This document shows, one piece after another, positions 19,454-30,161 of a DNA stretch of 64,000 bases. The notes under the pieces were generated by a model, which saw nothing but the letters and a program-made list of their open reading frames with translations, did not search any database and was not told where the DNA came from. The position numbers and the translations under genes are program-made. Positions within the stretch are counted from its first letter, which is position 1, and the number at the start of each line of letters is the position of its first letter. The DNA comes from a virus, in the IMG/VR virus record IMGVR_UViG_3300037264_003921, positions 32,001 to 96,000 of that record. One strand, 5' to 3'.

Positions 19454-21988
19454 CTATATATTTGGAAACTTAGGAGTACCAACAAATTCAGGTCCAATAT
19501 CAAGTATTTCAATAGATTCAGATTTGATACTGCCACGATACTCAGCAACATCAGCCTTGTATGTCAATAAAGACGCATCTGAAACTGTCAATACTCTATA
19601 AATTATAGATTTCGATCCATATCTCTTCTGAGACAGCGCTGCTGCATCTGCTGCATCCTCTAAATTAATAGACAATGTCAGCTTATCTGCGTCTTTTTTG
19701 GGTGGCTCATTATTATTGTTTGCGAATGAATCTAATGCAAGACCAATTGACGCTATCTCATTTTGAAATTTAGTGCTAGTGCCATAGAATAATACTCCAT
19801 CACTACTTTCTAATGGATCAACAGGTTGTTGTGATGGATTGACAACAACGTCTGGCTCTTTAGATGGAGCAAATGGACTTGGTGGTGGAGGTGGAGGTGG
19901 TGGCGATGATGATGGCGGCATGCCAAATCCACCAGAACCGCCAGAGAATACTGTACTTGACACAGGTTTGGCTTGTGATTTATTTGGAGCACAATTACGT
20001 TCTATGTTAAATGGTAGTGGTTTCCTTGGTGTCACATCAATTGATTTTGGATCATGGGCAACACATTCAGTAGCAACACCAGCCGGTGCAGGCCCACACG
20101 GATCGCATGGAATTTGAATAACCTCATGCGTACCAAACATCGACACAACATTCAACCTACGCCCACGAATTTCCTGATTTGTCCCAACATGCCCAGCCTG
20201 CACAGTCCAGTGCGTACCAGCTGCCTCCATGCATATATCAGACCCAGCTTTGAGTGAGATACTTTTACCAGCTTTAAGCGATATATTCTCTTGAGCAATT
20301 ATCTCAACATCTGATTGTGCAAATATTTGTACTTTTTTGTTATTATTTCTAATCAATATTAATTGTTGTCCATCGTCAAGGGCAATATACATGTTGTTGT
20401 CTTTGCTACGCCATACAGCCCTGTTATGGTCTCGTGACATCCACATACCGCGATCGTCTGGACCAGTTGTCTCAGTAAAGCTAGCGCATGGGGCATCAGC
20501 ATCACGCATTTCAATACCCTGACCTTCTGGAGTTTTAACGCTGATATACTTATTAACATTGTCAAATTTTGCGTGGAAACTAGTGCGTTCAGGGTCGTGT
20601 GTCAGAGCAACTGTTCTAGAAAACTCATTATCTTTCGTACCTTTAAAATCTTCAGTAATTTTATTAGCTGTGTCTGTTGATACCATGACATAGCCCAATC
20701 TATCATTCAAATCTATAACCTTAGAGTCTGGTGTGAGTAACATCATTCTATTGGCCGGATCCTTATCATTAGCATCAAGCACGAACCCACGGCGGGTCTT
20801 CATAAGTATGCCGTTGCCACGCGGCCCATCTTTGGCTGTTGCATCAGTCTTATCAGAACCACGATCGTCTATAGCTATTTTATTACCATGTCTTGAAACC
20901 AATCTAATTTGACGTGCGTCCTCTTTGAATCCCTCTTCATTTTCACCATCAAGATCAGCACCTTTATCGGTTTTTAGTAGTTGTTTAATTTGTATGTCTT
21001 TTTGTGCGTCGTTACCTCTGTCAATAGATTGTATAACATGGCCGCCCTTCGTCCTTAATTTAATCCATCTCTCATCACGTTCCGACTCTTTAGAAACATC
21101 TATAGCTTTATCGTATTCACCAGGGCGATTTTTAGACCATCCAACATCTCTCATTTCAATCTTATGGCCGTATCTAGTCCTTATTTCGACACGTCGTTGA
21201 TCACGCCCCTTTGGTTCACCCTCATTAAAAAATTTCAACAAATATTTATGCCTGGCGATCTCAAAGCTTTCATCAGAAGAATGGTCACCTTTAAATTCGT
21301 TATTCCATTCATATCCAACATCACTCAATATCATTGTATGCCCATACTTTGTATGAAGAACAGCATACTTGACATCTGGATCGTTATGTTCAGGCGATTG
21401 GCTAGCTGCTTTAAAGGCCGATTTAGCTACAGCGTCTGTACCAGCTGACGCAGCTTCTTTAGCATGCTCTTTGGGGAAAAAACCAACAGAACTGATTGTA
21501 AAAAATGTGCCATATCTATCACGAACGCCAAAACTCATCGGCCTTTCATCTTTAGGTAGGTAGTTTTTGTCAAAATCATCAGGAGAGCCAGCTGATTCTC
21601 CTTTTTCATTAACAGCCAATGGTGTCACACCATGAACAGATTGCAATGGATAAAATTTTCTCCTAGTTGGTGATGCAGCACCAACCCATATTGGGGCATA
21701 TGGGTGGTTTTTTTCAAATTGTATAAATACAACATCCCCAATCATTGGTACCGCCCACCACCCATTTCCTTTACCACCTATTGGAAACGCTGGTGACGCC
21801 CACGGTAGTTCATCGCGCTTTACATCATTATTATGTAATTCTGGGATCCTGACTCTAATTCTACCAATTCTAAGAGGATCATTAGTCTCTTCTACGATTG
21901 CTCTATATAGACCATCAAAGCGGTCGAATAAATTTTCAGTCCTCGCTTTAAAGAACTTACCAAATACATAGTCTAAACCATCTCCCAT
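19454..21988 (-). CDS. Baseplate central spike (gp5/VgrG-like OB-fold plus beta-repeats) with poly-Pro linker and extra C-terminal domain
   Basis: GLYRAIVEETNDPLRIGRIRVRIP..LPWA..PMIGDVVFIQFE; repeats HTKYGH/RTRYGH/RTKGGH; SPPPPPPPPSP linker. Confidence 0.85.
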   Translation of the reverse strand: MGDGLDYVFGKFFKARTENLFDRFDGLYRAIVEETNDPLRIGRIRVRIPELHNNDVKRDELPWASPAFPIGGKGNGWWAVPMIGDVVFIQFEKNHPYAPIWVGAASPTRRKFYPLQSVHGVTPLAVNEKGESAGSPDDFDKNYLPKDERPMSFGVRDRYGTFFTISSVGFFPKEHAKEAASAGTDAVAKSAFKAASQSPEHNDPDVKYAVLHTKYGHTMILSDVGYEWNNEFKGDHSSDESFEIARHKYLLKFFNEGEPKGRDQRRVEIRTRYGHKIEMRDVGWSKNRPGEYDKAIDVSKESERDERWIKLRTKGGHVIQSIDRGNDAQKDIQIKQLLKTDKGADLDGENEEGFKEDARQIRLVSRHGNKIAIDDRGSDKTDATAKDGPRGNGILMKTRRGFVLDANDKDPANRMMLLTPDSKVIDLNDRLGYVMVSTDTANKITEDFKGTKDNEFSRTVALTHDPERTSFHAKFDNVNKYISVKTPEGQGIEMRDADAPCASFTETTGPDDRGMWMSRDHNRAVWRSKDNNMYIALDDGQQLILIRNNNKKVQIFAQSDVEIIAQENISLKAGKSISLKAGSDICMEAAGTHWTVQAGHVGTNQEIRGRRLNVVSMFGTHEVIQIPCDPCGPAPAGVATECVAHDPKSIDVTPRKPLPFNIERNCAPNKSQAKPVSSTVFSGGSGGFGMPPSSSPPPPPPPPSPFAPSKEPDVVVNPSQQPVDPLESSDGVLFYGTSTKFQNEIASIGLALDSFANNNNEPPKKDADKLTLSINLEDAADAAALSQKRYGSKSIIYRVLTVSDASLLTYKADVAEYRGSIKSESIEILDIGPEFVGTPKFPNI

Positions 21989-22000
21989 CTTTACCTCAAT

Positions 22001-22330
22001 TTATACATTAGGCAACACTATCCTAGCTACTGGTGCCTTAATCACAGAGCCAATATGTGGCCAATTTACAGGGTTCAATGGTTTATTAAACAGCACTATT
22101 ACCCAATCTAAAACAGGTGAATTATATATACTATTTGCTATTGCCCATGGTTTTCCGGCAAATTCATGTGTAATATTCACGGTAATAACATCATCTTGAT
22201 TCAAATTATTTGGATCTAAAAATGGGAATTTTTTCAATAATCCAAATGTTTCAATTCCACCATTTATTATTGGCTGTGAAAGTCTAAAGCGTGAATATGG
22301 TTCTTTTGCAATTGACATATTTAATACCAA
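22001..22330 (-). CDS. Baseplate wedge protein gp53-like
   Basis: GKPWAIANSIYNSPVLDWVIVLFN...GSVIKAP. Confidence 0.75.
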   Translation of the reverse strand: MVLNMSIAKEPYSRFRLSQPIINGGIETFGLLKKFPFLDPNNLNQDDVITVNITHEFAGKPWAIANSIYNSPVLDWVIVLFNKPLNPVNWPHIGSVIKAPVARIVLPNV

Positions 22331-22923
22331 TCAGTTGGAGGTTTATCTCGAAGCCCAGGGACATTCTGTTTCGGTGAGCCCACTGATGCGCCTCCAATTT
22401 TAGTCACAAGTGCCGCATTGATTTTTATTTTAGTCAATAACGGAAATGCACCAGTCCCATCTTTAATTATTGTGTCGCCATGACTTATTCCAATATCTAA
22501 CAGTCTAAAATCTGCAGGGCCATCGCTGCCACCAAAATGATCATAAATATGCATTCTAGCAAGAGGGATATTTTCAAGATCTTTTATGCTTCTATAGAAA
22601 TATGCTTTTAATTGTTTAGTAATTAACGAAATATATTTTGCAGTGAATTTATCACTACCAGTCACAATATATGTTAATTCAATAGACACACGTCTTGGGT
22701 TCGATCCCATCCATATTGCAAGTGGCTCATATGATGCAACCTCAGTTTCATTCCATATTGCTGCTTTAGTATCGTCAGTAACCCTTGGTGGAAATTGTAA
22801 TGGTAGTGGAAAACCGCCACCAAATGGAAACCCGCTGACTGGCAATGGGTGGGTAACTAATATAATCGAAGCATGCTTTGTGCTCGCAAGTTCTCTGTCT
22901 ATTGATTGTAATTGAAATGCCAT
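22321..22923 (-). CDS. Tail tube initiator / baseplate-tube junction protein (GpU-like)
   Basis: LQFPP..TD..AAIWN...EP...WMGSNPRRVSIEL. Lies between tape measure and gp53-like gene. Confidence 0.55.
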   Translation of the reverse strand: MAFQLQSIDRELASTKHASIILVTHPLPVSGFPFGGGFPLPLQFPPRVTDDTKAAIWNETEVASYEPLAIWMGSNPRRVSIELTYIVTGSDKFTAKYISLITKQLKAYFYRSIKDLENIPLARMHIYDHFGGSDGPADFRLLDIGISHGDTIIKDGTGAFPLLTKIKINAALVTKIGGASVGSPKQNVPGLRDKPPTDWY

Positions 22924-22929
22924 ATCATA

Positions 22930-25900
22930 TTACCATTGGTTAAGCATACTTGTCAAACTGCTTGCATCCTTATCTGATTTTGCCAATTTCGGGAGCCACG
23001 TCTTCAACAATTCAATTAATTGACCCATTGAAGACGAGTCACCGCCCATTTTATCGCCGATATTGTCAATTGCCTTTTTCATATCTTTAGTGCCAGTTAC
23101 CATTGCGTATTGTGCACGTTCGTCGCGTATTTTCCTAGCCGTATCTTCTGTTATTAGTGGTTTTCTAACTGGATCTGCTTTAAGTGTGAATGGACCTGAT
23201 GGGAATCCTGCGAATACACTATCTTCGCCTATAGACTTTTTGACTGCTTCAACTCGTAATGCAAGGTCTTCTAATACTGCAGCGGCTCTTTTGATCTCTT
23301 CTTTGCGCCCAAGAATCCCCTCAATGAATGGCTTAAAGACATCACCGATAGCACCGATCTTAACTAATGACCCAGACAATGATGATGCTGGCGTCGCTAT
23401 TGCTTTCATCGCAGCAGCAATTTCTTCAGCCTGTTTTAATGGGCTCTTTACACCGAATAATGATGCAATTCCGCCAGCAGCACCAACAACTGCTATCCCC
23501 ATAAGAGAAGCCATAAATGCTGTTATGCCAGCAGCTAAACTTATTAAAGCCAATCCAGCACCAGGACCAATCGACAACGCTGCCGATCCAATGTTTTGCA
23601 ATGCAACTCCGACTTTCTCAAGCACTGGACCAATTAATAGCCCCATCAATGAAGCAATAAACAACATTCCGAATCCTGCTAATATTGCTGGAGCGCTAAT
23701 AACTAATGCCGCCGCTAATACATATAGTCCCAAAGCTAGTGGATACATCAACAAAGTCATCGTGCCAATAATTGTAAGGAACATCCACCCGTCTGACAAC
23801 GCAACTTTAAATAATTCAGTAAAAGCTTTCACCATTAATGATATGCCAAAACTAGCCATCAAAACAGAAGCACCAATGGCTAAAAACACTAAAGACAATG
23901 GTAACAGTAATGGAGCAACAGCAACAGCAACTGGCCCCAACACAACAAGCGCAGCAGCCAACACATAAAACGCAGCAGCTGCAACAACTAAGCCAACAGC
24001 AGCACCAACCAGATCAGCAACACTAATACCAAATACTTTCATTGTAGCAGCAACAGCCAATAACGTACCACCGACTACTACCGCCAATAATCCAAGAGCG
24101 ATAATTCCTGGGAACACGCCTGGCGTTGTTCCCATGGCCCCAATTCCACCTGCCAAATTGGTAAAGAATGACTTCATACCGACACCACGTTCAGCAGTTA
24201 ATGATGATGTCGAATCTGCCATTACCTTCATACTACCTTTAAATATGTTGAACACACCCAGCATCCCTTTCACCGCGCCAACAGCTTTTGATATTGTCAC
24301 AAGAAATGCAACTCCCATTGCTGCAGCTATCATTGCCCCAAATATTGCTGAGGCTACTGTTGATTCTCTTATAAGTGTTATCATCTCAGTCAACACTGGA
24401 ACTATAACAGATCCTATTTGAGCAGCAACAGTCAATAATGGAGTTAACAACATTTTTAATTGTTCAGTTAGTGTTGCCGTTGCTTCTGAAAACTGAGCAT
24501 CTAGATTTTTCGTATCATCAAACGCTTGATAATATTCAGTTATTCCTTTACCAGCCTCGCTGGCTTTTTGGTCTAGCAGCATTAGTGACCCAGCAAATTG
24601 TTTATTAATTCCTAAAGCATCAGCAAGAGCACTCCTACTTAACTTGCCCTGTTTGCCTAACTCTTTAATTTTCGCACTAGCGGCCACTAAATACACATTC
24701 ATATTTTCTGTAGCTGTAGCATTTTCATCGAAAACAGCATTTACTTTAGCAAACCCTGCCACAGCTTTTAATGGGTCAGTGAGCAACGGCTGCAATTGTC
24801 CAATCATAGTCTGAAAATTACCACCAGCACCTTTGACAGCCCCAGATAGTTTAATCAATTCAACGGATAATTCAGCGGCATCCTGTGGATTGTATAAGAA
24901 AGACACCTCTAACATAGTATCATTAAATTGTGACATCATGCCAGATGCTTCTTGAGCTGACAGTCCACTACGTCTAATCGCACTCGCTATAGCCGTAAGA
25001 TTTTTAGTAGCTTGTTCAGAGCTGCCAATAAGAGCTACTATTCTTTTTTGATATAATGCTGTAATGTCACTAGAAATTCCAGTAATTTTAGAGAATTTAT
25101 AATTAACCTCAGCAAGTTTACTAATACGGTCCTTTGCTGAGAATCCTGCTTGTGCTAATGCTGTAAAAGTTGCAACAGCTTCATCAGATGATGCACCGAA
25201 TGACATCCGTAACTGATTTGACGATGCTATAAGTTCATTTGTTGTACCAATAGACCTAAACGTTGCTTTAGCATACGCATCTTGCATACTTACGACATTT
25301 TTAAAACCACTCCATAGATATAACACTACGGCTCCCATAACACCAAATTTCCCAGCAGCAGCACTAATGATCGAACCGAGGTGTTGAGTTTCTTTATTCA
25401 ACCCTTTGATGCCACCCATCACAGCAAGCATCATGTCTTTATGTGTACGCAGATTTTTTGTGTATTTGTCTATAAGTTGACTATTTTTAGTCACCTTTTG
25501 TGAAAAAGCAACAAATTTATCTTCAGTGATTTCGGTTAGTTCATCTTTATACTCTTTATGTGCTTTAATAAATCTGTGTATCTGTGCCTCAGCTGCCTGC
25601 TGCTGCTTCGCAACAGATTCCAATGCGTCACTATACGCTACGGTCGCTTGTTCTGATAGGAATGTTGCAGTATTACTATCAAGCGCCGTAACTTTATACT
25701 TCTCTTGAATATTGGCATAATTATCAAGCATCAGCGATAATTGTTCTTTAACTTTAATGAATTCTTCATCAGAAGATGTATCTCCTTGCGAAGCTTTTAT
25801 GGCTTGTGCGGCTTTGACAGCAATATTTTGTAAAGACTTGACTTTACCAATAAGCGAATCAACAGCATGCATCGCTGGCTCAAATTGCAACTTGAGTTCC

Positions 25901-25932
25901 AAGCCAAGAGCATATGTATTAATGTCTGGCAT
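22930..25932 (-). CDS. Tail tape measure protein
   Basis: 1000 aa, Ala/Gly-rich helical with long hydrophobic repeats, inside the tail module. Confidence 0.85.
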   Translation of the reverse strand: MPDINTYALGLELKLQFEPAMHAVDSLIGKVKSLQNIAVKAAQAIKASQGDTSSDEEFIKVKEQLSLMLDNYANIQEKYKVTALDSNTATFLSEQATVAYSDALESVAKQQQAAEAQIHRFIKAHKEYKDELTEITEDKFVAFSQKVTKNSQLIDKYTKNLRTHKDMMLAVMGGIKGLNKETQHLGSIISAAAGKFGVMGAVVLYLWSGFKNVVSMQDAYAKATFRSIGTTNELIASSNQLRMSFGASSDEAVATFTALAQAGFSAKDRISKLAEVNYKFSKITGISSDITALYQKRIVALIGSSEQATKNLTAIASAIRRSGLSAQEASGMMSQFNDTMLEVSFLYNPQDAAELSVELIKLSGAVKGAGGNFQTMIGQLQPLLTDPLKAVAGFAKVNAVFDENATATENMNVYLVAASAKIKELGKQGKLSRSALADALGINKQFAGSLMLLDQKASEAGKGITEYYQAFDDTKNLDAQFSEATATLTEQLKMLLTPLLTVAAQIGSVIVPVLTEMITLIRESTVASAIFGAMIAAAMGVAFLVTISKAVGAVKGMLGVFNIFKGSMKVMADSTSSLTAERGVGMKSFFTNLAGGIGAMGTTPGVFPGIIALGLLAVVVGGTLLAVAATMKVFGISVADLVGAAVGLVVAAAAFYVLAAALVVLGPVAVAVAPLLLPLSLVFLAIGASVLMASFGISLMVKAFTELFKVALSDGWMFLTIIGTMTLLMYPLALGLYVLAAALVISAPAILAGFGMLFIASLMGLLIGPVLEKVGVALQNIGSAALSIGPGAGLALISLAAGITAFMASLMGIAVVGAAGGIASLFGVKSPLKQAEEIAAAMKAIATPASSLSGSLVKIGAIGDVFKPFIEGILGRKEEIKRAAAVLEDLALRVEAVKKSIGEDSVFAGFPSGPFTLKADPVRKPLITEDTARKIRDERAQYAMVTGTKDMKKAIDNIGDKMGGDSSSMGQLIELLKTWLPKLAKSDKDASSLTSMLNQW

Positions 25933-27158
25933 TATACTTTCCTACTTGAAGCATCAAAATCTAATCTAGATAGATAGCAGTCTGTCGTCCATATACTACG
26001 AGTAACTACATGATGGAATCCATATACAAGCCACCTGCCACTAAGAAAATAAGGCTCCCCATCAATGTCTTTCCAGCTTACAGTTGCTGTTGCTACTCCA
26101 AGCTTACTACTATCATCAAACATATAGTCACCAGTCACTTTCAATCTCATGCGCATTACAAGATTCAACATATTCATGAATAAACCACGCGCACGACCAT
26201 CAACATATTTGCTATACTTTATTCCAATGTCGCCAGCACTGTGCTCTGGTATAGCCATAATACTTGTAGCCCACTTTTTCTCTGGTTTTTTAAACCCTTG
26301 GCTTTGCGTTATATCAACATTTGCCTTATTTGATGTGTTTTCGTCTTTGACTATCACAACCTGTTCGCTGGTATCTGTGATTTTATCTAGATATTCACCA
26401 GAGATTGCTGATATGCCAGAGGTGATCAATTTTGATTGTAGTGGGCTGATAAAATTATCAGCAAGCATTTCATAATATAAAACATCTTTGCCAGTATTGT
26501 CATTACGATTAAGATGATAAACTCCAAAATCATGTGGCTGTAAATCAGCTTGTTCTTTTATTATTAATTTCTCATCAACACTAGCAACAATCCAATGCGT
26601 CTTCTTAGGAGTCACACCAGCAGACCAGTCTAGTAACGACTTGATGAACGTCTTCGGATCCTGGCGCATCATCCACCAGATATTTTCCTTATTGTCGTCT
26701 GTCTCAGTTATCTCGAGCGCTATATTTGGAGCATATTCGTTTACAACTTTTGTTATCACTCCAGAGACATTACCTTTATATGCTTTACCATCAGCAATGC
26801 CCGCATTCAAATAAAAACTAGGCGGATCAACAGCGATGAATTCTAATTCGCCAGTCTCTTGGACACCACTAGCATTAAGCGTAGTCATAAATGCAATTCG
26901 CTCTTTTGTTTTATCCCCATTCACCCATTTAATTCTAAATTTAACCTTAGTTTCTTTTAGTCTGCCTTCTTTAAGATATCTCTTAGTGGATATATCTTTT
27001 AAAATATTAAAATATGGATCAGATATTGTCCCGCGTATGATATATCCACCATTTATAAAACTAGCCCATTCAAACTTAAGAAAATTAAATCCAATATCAG
27101 GCCCATCGGCTATTGATATCTCTACGGAAGGTGCATGCGTGGTTTTTGGTTCGCCCAT
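25932..27158 (-). CDS. Baseplate hub protein (gp27/GpD-like)
   Basis: C-terminal LKVTGD...YFLSGRWLVYGFHHVV...WTT resembles the GpD/gp27 end. Tail-module position. Confidence 0.65.
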   Translation of the reverse strand: MGEPKTTHAPSVEISIADGPDIGFNFLKFEWASFINGGYIIRGTISDPYFNILKDISTKRYLKEGRLKETKVKFRIKWVNGDKTKERIAFMTTLNASGVQETGELEFIAVDPPSFYLNAGIADGKAYKGNVSGVITKVVNEYAPNIALEITETDDNKENIWWMMRQDPKTFIKSLLDWSAGVTPKKTHWIVASVDEKLIIKEQADLQPHDFGVYHLNRNDNTGKDVLYYEMLADNFISPLQSKLITSGISAISGEYLDKITDTSEQVVIVKDENTSNKANVDITQSQGFKKPEKKWATSIMAIPEHSAGDIGIKYSKYVDGRARGLFMNMLNLVMRMRLKVTGDYMFDDSSKLGVATATVSWKDIDGEPYFLSGRWLVYGFHHVVTRSIWTTDCYLSRLDFDASSRKV

Positions 27159-27159
27159 A

Positions 27160-27480
27160 TTATAGTAGCTTCAAATCAAATGTTTTATCAACTTTAAGTC
27201 GGTCTTTCTTAAATTCTCGATATGTTTTATTATAACTCTTGATATTCTCTCTGAACCATTGGATCTTTTCGCCAGTTGACAATTTAGATAGCGTTGACAA
27301 TGCTTTGCGTATTCGTTCTATGTCATCTGTTGGGATGTCCTGACACAGTAGCCCAATATGTCTATCATCACGCTCTAACAACATTAATATTAAATAATAT
27401 TGTGATTTAGTGCCGACTTGATATTGGATCCATTGAAGTGTCATTCGACATTGTATCCATGAATATGTTTGATCTATCAA
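27160..27480 (-). CDS. Hypothetical protein
   Basis: 106-aa ORF packed between primase and hub gene. Confidence 0.5.
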   Translation of the reverse strand: MIDQTYSWIQCRMTLQWIQYQVGTKSQYYLILMLLERDDRHIGLLCQDIPTDDIERIRKALSTLSKLSTGEKIQWFRENIKSYNKTYREFKKDRLKVDKTFDLKLL

Positions 27481-27489
27481 TCCTACTAG

Positions 27490-28497
27490 CTATATCGTAG
27501 CTAATAGTCTATTGACGTGCACAGGCGTCGCTAGACCAACATTTGATTTAATATATCCATGTATATCATCACGCCACATCTCATTCCAGTCTTTATACGG
27601 ACGTGGTGGAATCACACATTTAATGTCTATATTGACCACAGATTGTATTAATTCAGCATTTTTTATTATCGACATCACACCTTCCCAATCTCTGTCAGGT
27701 GCCAAAACAACACAATCAGGTCCAAGAGCTCTGACCTTCTTCGCTTGTGGCAATCCCATACTAGCACCACCAGAGGAAACAGCTCCATCACCAATTGTCA
27801 TAGCATTGAAAATCGATTCAACAATAAACACTGACTGACTAGGTTCGGCATTATCAAAACCATACAGGAAACTCTCTTTACCAATCCCAGCAGTTTTTAG
27901 ATCTGGAAATTCGAACGTTTTACTATGAATTGATCTAGATTGCCAATACACTTGTATTCCATATTCATAATATGGAAAATATATCCTATCACCACCATAA
28001 TGCAAATCATGTTTACATGCAATCCCAAGCGTAATTCCTCTAGATTCAAGATAGCTCAATGCAATTTTTTGTATCTTGCTTGATGTGTTATTATCTCTAA
28101 ACGATTTAGAACCTGGTGGCATAGATACATCAGGTATAACATCGTCTTCTGGTTCATCAGAAACTTCTGAATGTGGATGTAATATCGATTTTAGATCAAC
28201 ATCCTGCCCACAGATTTCCTGTATGGCTTCATAGAAAGAAATATTTTTATACTTCTGCACGAATCGTATAAATGAACCGTCATGCTGTTGATGTCCGGGC
28301 CTCCAGTCGTGACAAACACCTTTTACAGTATTGACATTGAATTTAAAATTTATATCCCCATCAAATGGATTATTTAACAAAAGCTCGTCGCCATTATGGC
28401 GACGTTTATAGTCAAAATGCCTCCTGACCCAGTCCTCTATCTGTGACGACTTTAATATTATCCTATTTGATGTATTATACCCCATAGTTATTATCAA
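27490..28497 (-). CDS. DnaG-type DNA primase (TOPRIM)
   Basis: YLESRGI, RIYFP, YWQSR, FLYGFD, FIVESIFNA, LAPDRDWEG, KDWNE. Confidence 0.85.
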   Translation of the reverse strand: MIITMGYNTSNRIILKSSQIEDWVRRHFDYKRRHNGDELLLNNPFDGDINFKFNVNTVKGVCHDWRPGHQQHDGSFIRFVQKYKNISFYEAIQEICGQDVDLKSILHPHSEVSDEPEDDVIPDVSMPPGSKSFRDNNTSSKIQKIALSYLESRGITLGIACKHDLHYGGDRIYFPYYEYGIQVYWQSRSIHSKTFEFPDLKTAGIGKESFLYGFDNAEPSQSVFIVESIFNAMTIGDGAVSSGGASMGLPQAKKVRALGPDCVVLAPDRDWEGVMSIIKNAELIQSVVNIDIKCVIPPRPYKDWNEMWRDDIHGYIKSNVGLATPVHVNRLLATI

Positions 28498-28535
28498 TCA
28501 TTCCCAGCGTATGTTAGATACATTTAATTGTCATT

Positions 28536-29081
28536 ATGAGAAGAGAAACAAGCGCAGAATCATTCCATGTAGATGGCAAATTGCAATTATATGACGAACA
28601 TATCTATCGAACAGACGGTGGACAATTACTGATATTTATAGGCGATTCAGACAAATGGAAAGCCCCATATCCTGGTAAAACATGGGATAATCTATACGAT
28701 ACAGATTTATATAACATTGGGTTGTTTCGTCCTCAGTTTAAAATTTTACCATATCAAGTTATAGGACCAGCATACGAATGGTGCCGAACAGCATTTATAA
28801 AAAATAGCAATAAATTTAATGATTTAATCTTACATGAGAATTTCAATGCTGCATCTAAATTAGTAATCTTCCCAAAATGTGAAAATATAATCAATAATTA
28901 CAAACATTGTTCAATGAAATGCTGGTATCTTGATCTTGCGCAATCGATTATGCACAGTATAGAGCAATCTCAGCACATCATATCAAAACGACCATATAAA
29001 GAAATAATCGACATTCTCAATAGACAGCAGTCGTCACTACAGCAACTGCATATAGTTTATCATAATAAAATAAGTTGGTAG
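28536..29081 (+). CDS. Hypothetical protein
   Basis: 181-aa plus-strand ORF in an otherwise empty gap. Confidence 0.6.
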   Translation: MRRETSAESFHVDGKLQLYDEHIYRTDGGQLLIFIGDSDKWKAPYPGKTWDNLYDTDLYNIGLFRPQFKILPYQVIGPAYEWCRTAFIKNSNKFNDLILHENFNAASKLVIFPKCENIINNYKHCSMKCWYLDLAQSIMHSIEQSQHIISKRPYKEIIDILNRQQSSLQQLHIVYHNKISW

Positions 29082-29138
29082 GAGTTGTAATGAATTGTCG
29101 CTTGGCCAAAAATTAAGCGCAATATGCTATCTGAATGA

Positions 29139-29915
29139 CTATGTTATAGTCATTCTTAGATCATCCGAAGTACGCGTCTCTCCATTCGGAAGCAATAGCG
29201 TTATCCTATAAATATAAGTTCCAGCAAGAAACAAATTAGTGTCCAAAGTATATTGAACAACAAACGGGTTAGTTCTATAGGATCCCTGACGAACTCCCAT
29301 TCGACATTGAGCTTGATCGACTAATATTTCACAATTCTCAGTTGTAATACTTATCGTCGCTTGTAATTGTGGGATTATTGGAGCAATACGATTAAAATCA
29401 AAATCATAAAGTGGCAAAGGCATTAGCCCGACTTCTAAAGTCCTGATTTCTGGTTTTCTAAATATTCTATCAAGAGCTTCGAATCCTATCCGTGGAACAA
29501 CCAATCCGTCATCTAAGTAAAATCCCTCTGGAAATACAAAAAATTTATTACATTGCGAGTGCCATAATGTTTCATTATCTAAATCGAAATCAGAACCATT
29601 ACTTGGTCCTGGATCTGACCCTAAAAATCTCCATACATCAATGTACGCCGATGGAGCAACAAAATCTGATGGAATATCAAACACAATAGAAAACGCCCCT
29701 AGTTTATCAGCAACTGGGGTCAATGGTGCTGGATACGATGGGTCGTCAGGGCCGACAATTGGTATCTGCGCGACTAAGCTCTCAGGCTTTTCTGACCCTT
29801 GATATATATCAATTCTTCTTATCGCAAATGGGTCTGTCGGGATCCCATTCTTATAAAATGTTACATTTAGTTCTACTGGCCCGCCAGTGCTTGATGATAT
29901 TCTTGATGCTACCAT
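29139..29915 (-). CDS. Probable virion structural protein
   Basis: Beta-rich, 258 aa, preceded by CAAAGATA. Confidence 0.5.
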   Translation of the reverse strand: MVASRISSSTGGPVELNVTFYKNGIPTDPFAIRRIDIYQGSEKPESLVAQIPIVGPDDPSYPAPLTPVADKLGAFSIVFDIPSDFVAPSAYIDVWRFLGSDPGPSNGSDFDLDNETLWHSQCNKFFVFPEGFYLDDGLVVPRIGFEALDRIFRKPEIRTLEVGLMPLPLYDFDFNRIAPIIPQLQATISITTENCEILVDQAQCRMGVRQGSYRTNPFVVQYTLDTNLFLAGTYIYRITLLLPNGETRTSDDLRMTIT

Positions 29916-29951
29916 ATAGTCTTGCGTATCTTTGCTATCAAAAAATACGGA

Positions 29952-30161
29952 TTATATCGGCGGATTACCTGGGCTCTTTGGTATCTTGCCAGTGGCAGCT
30001 GCTGGCGCGGTAGTATTATCTCTCTTATGCTCTTTGTCGGCTCTTTTCAACCACCACTCTCTCTCTTCTGCTGTCATATTAAATTGTTCGTCTAAACTGA
30101 GATTGGCAAAATGTTTAAGCAGAAACGATTCTTCCATTAGATGTCCCCACTCATTTTCCAT
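29952..30161 (-). CDS. Small baseplate/tail assembly protein downstream of gp26-like gene
   Basis: FLLKHFANLSLDEQFNMTAEEREWWL matches the F.L..H...SL.E...M...ER pattern of the small ORF that follows gp26 in T4-like phages. Confidence 0.65.
   Translation of the reverse strand: MENEWGHLMEESFLLKHFANLSLDEQFNMTAEEREWWLKRADKEHKRDNTTAPAAATGKIPKSPGNPPI

Noticed and set aside
23063-23968. 301-aa plus-strand ORF and many similar 60-190-aa antisense ORFs (e.g. 667-1242, 33225-33698, 61836-62372)
   Set aside because: Shadow frames opposite well-supported minus-strand genes; no motifs or RBS.
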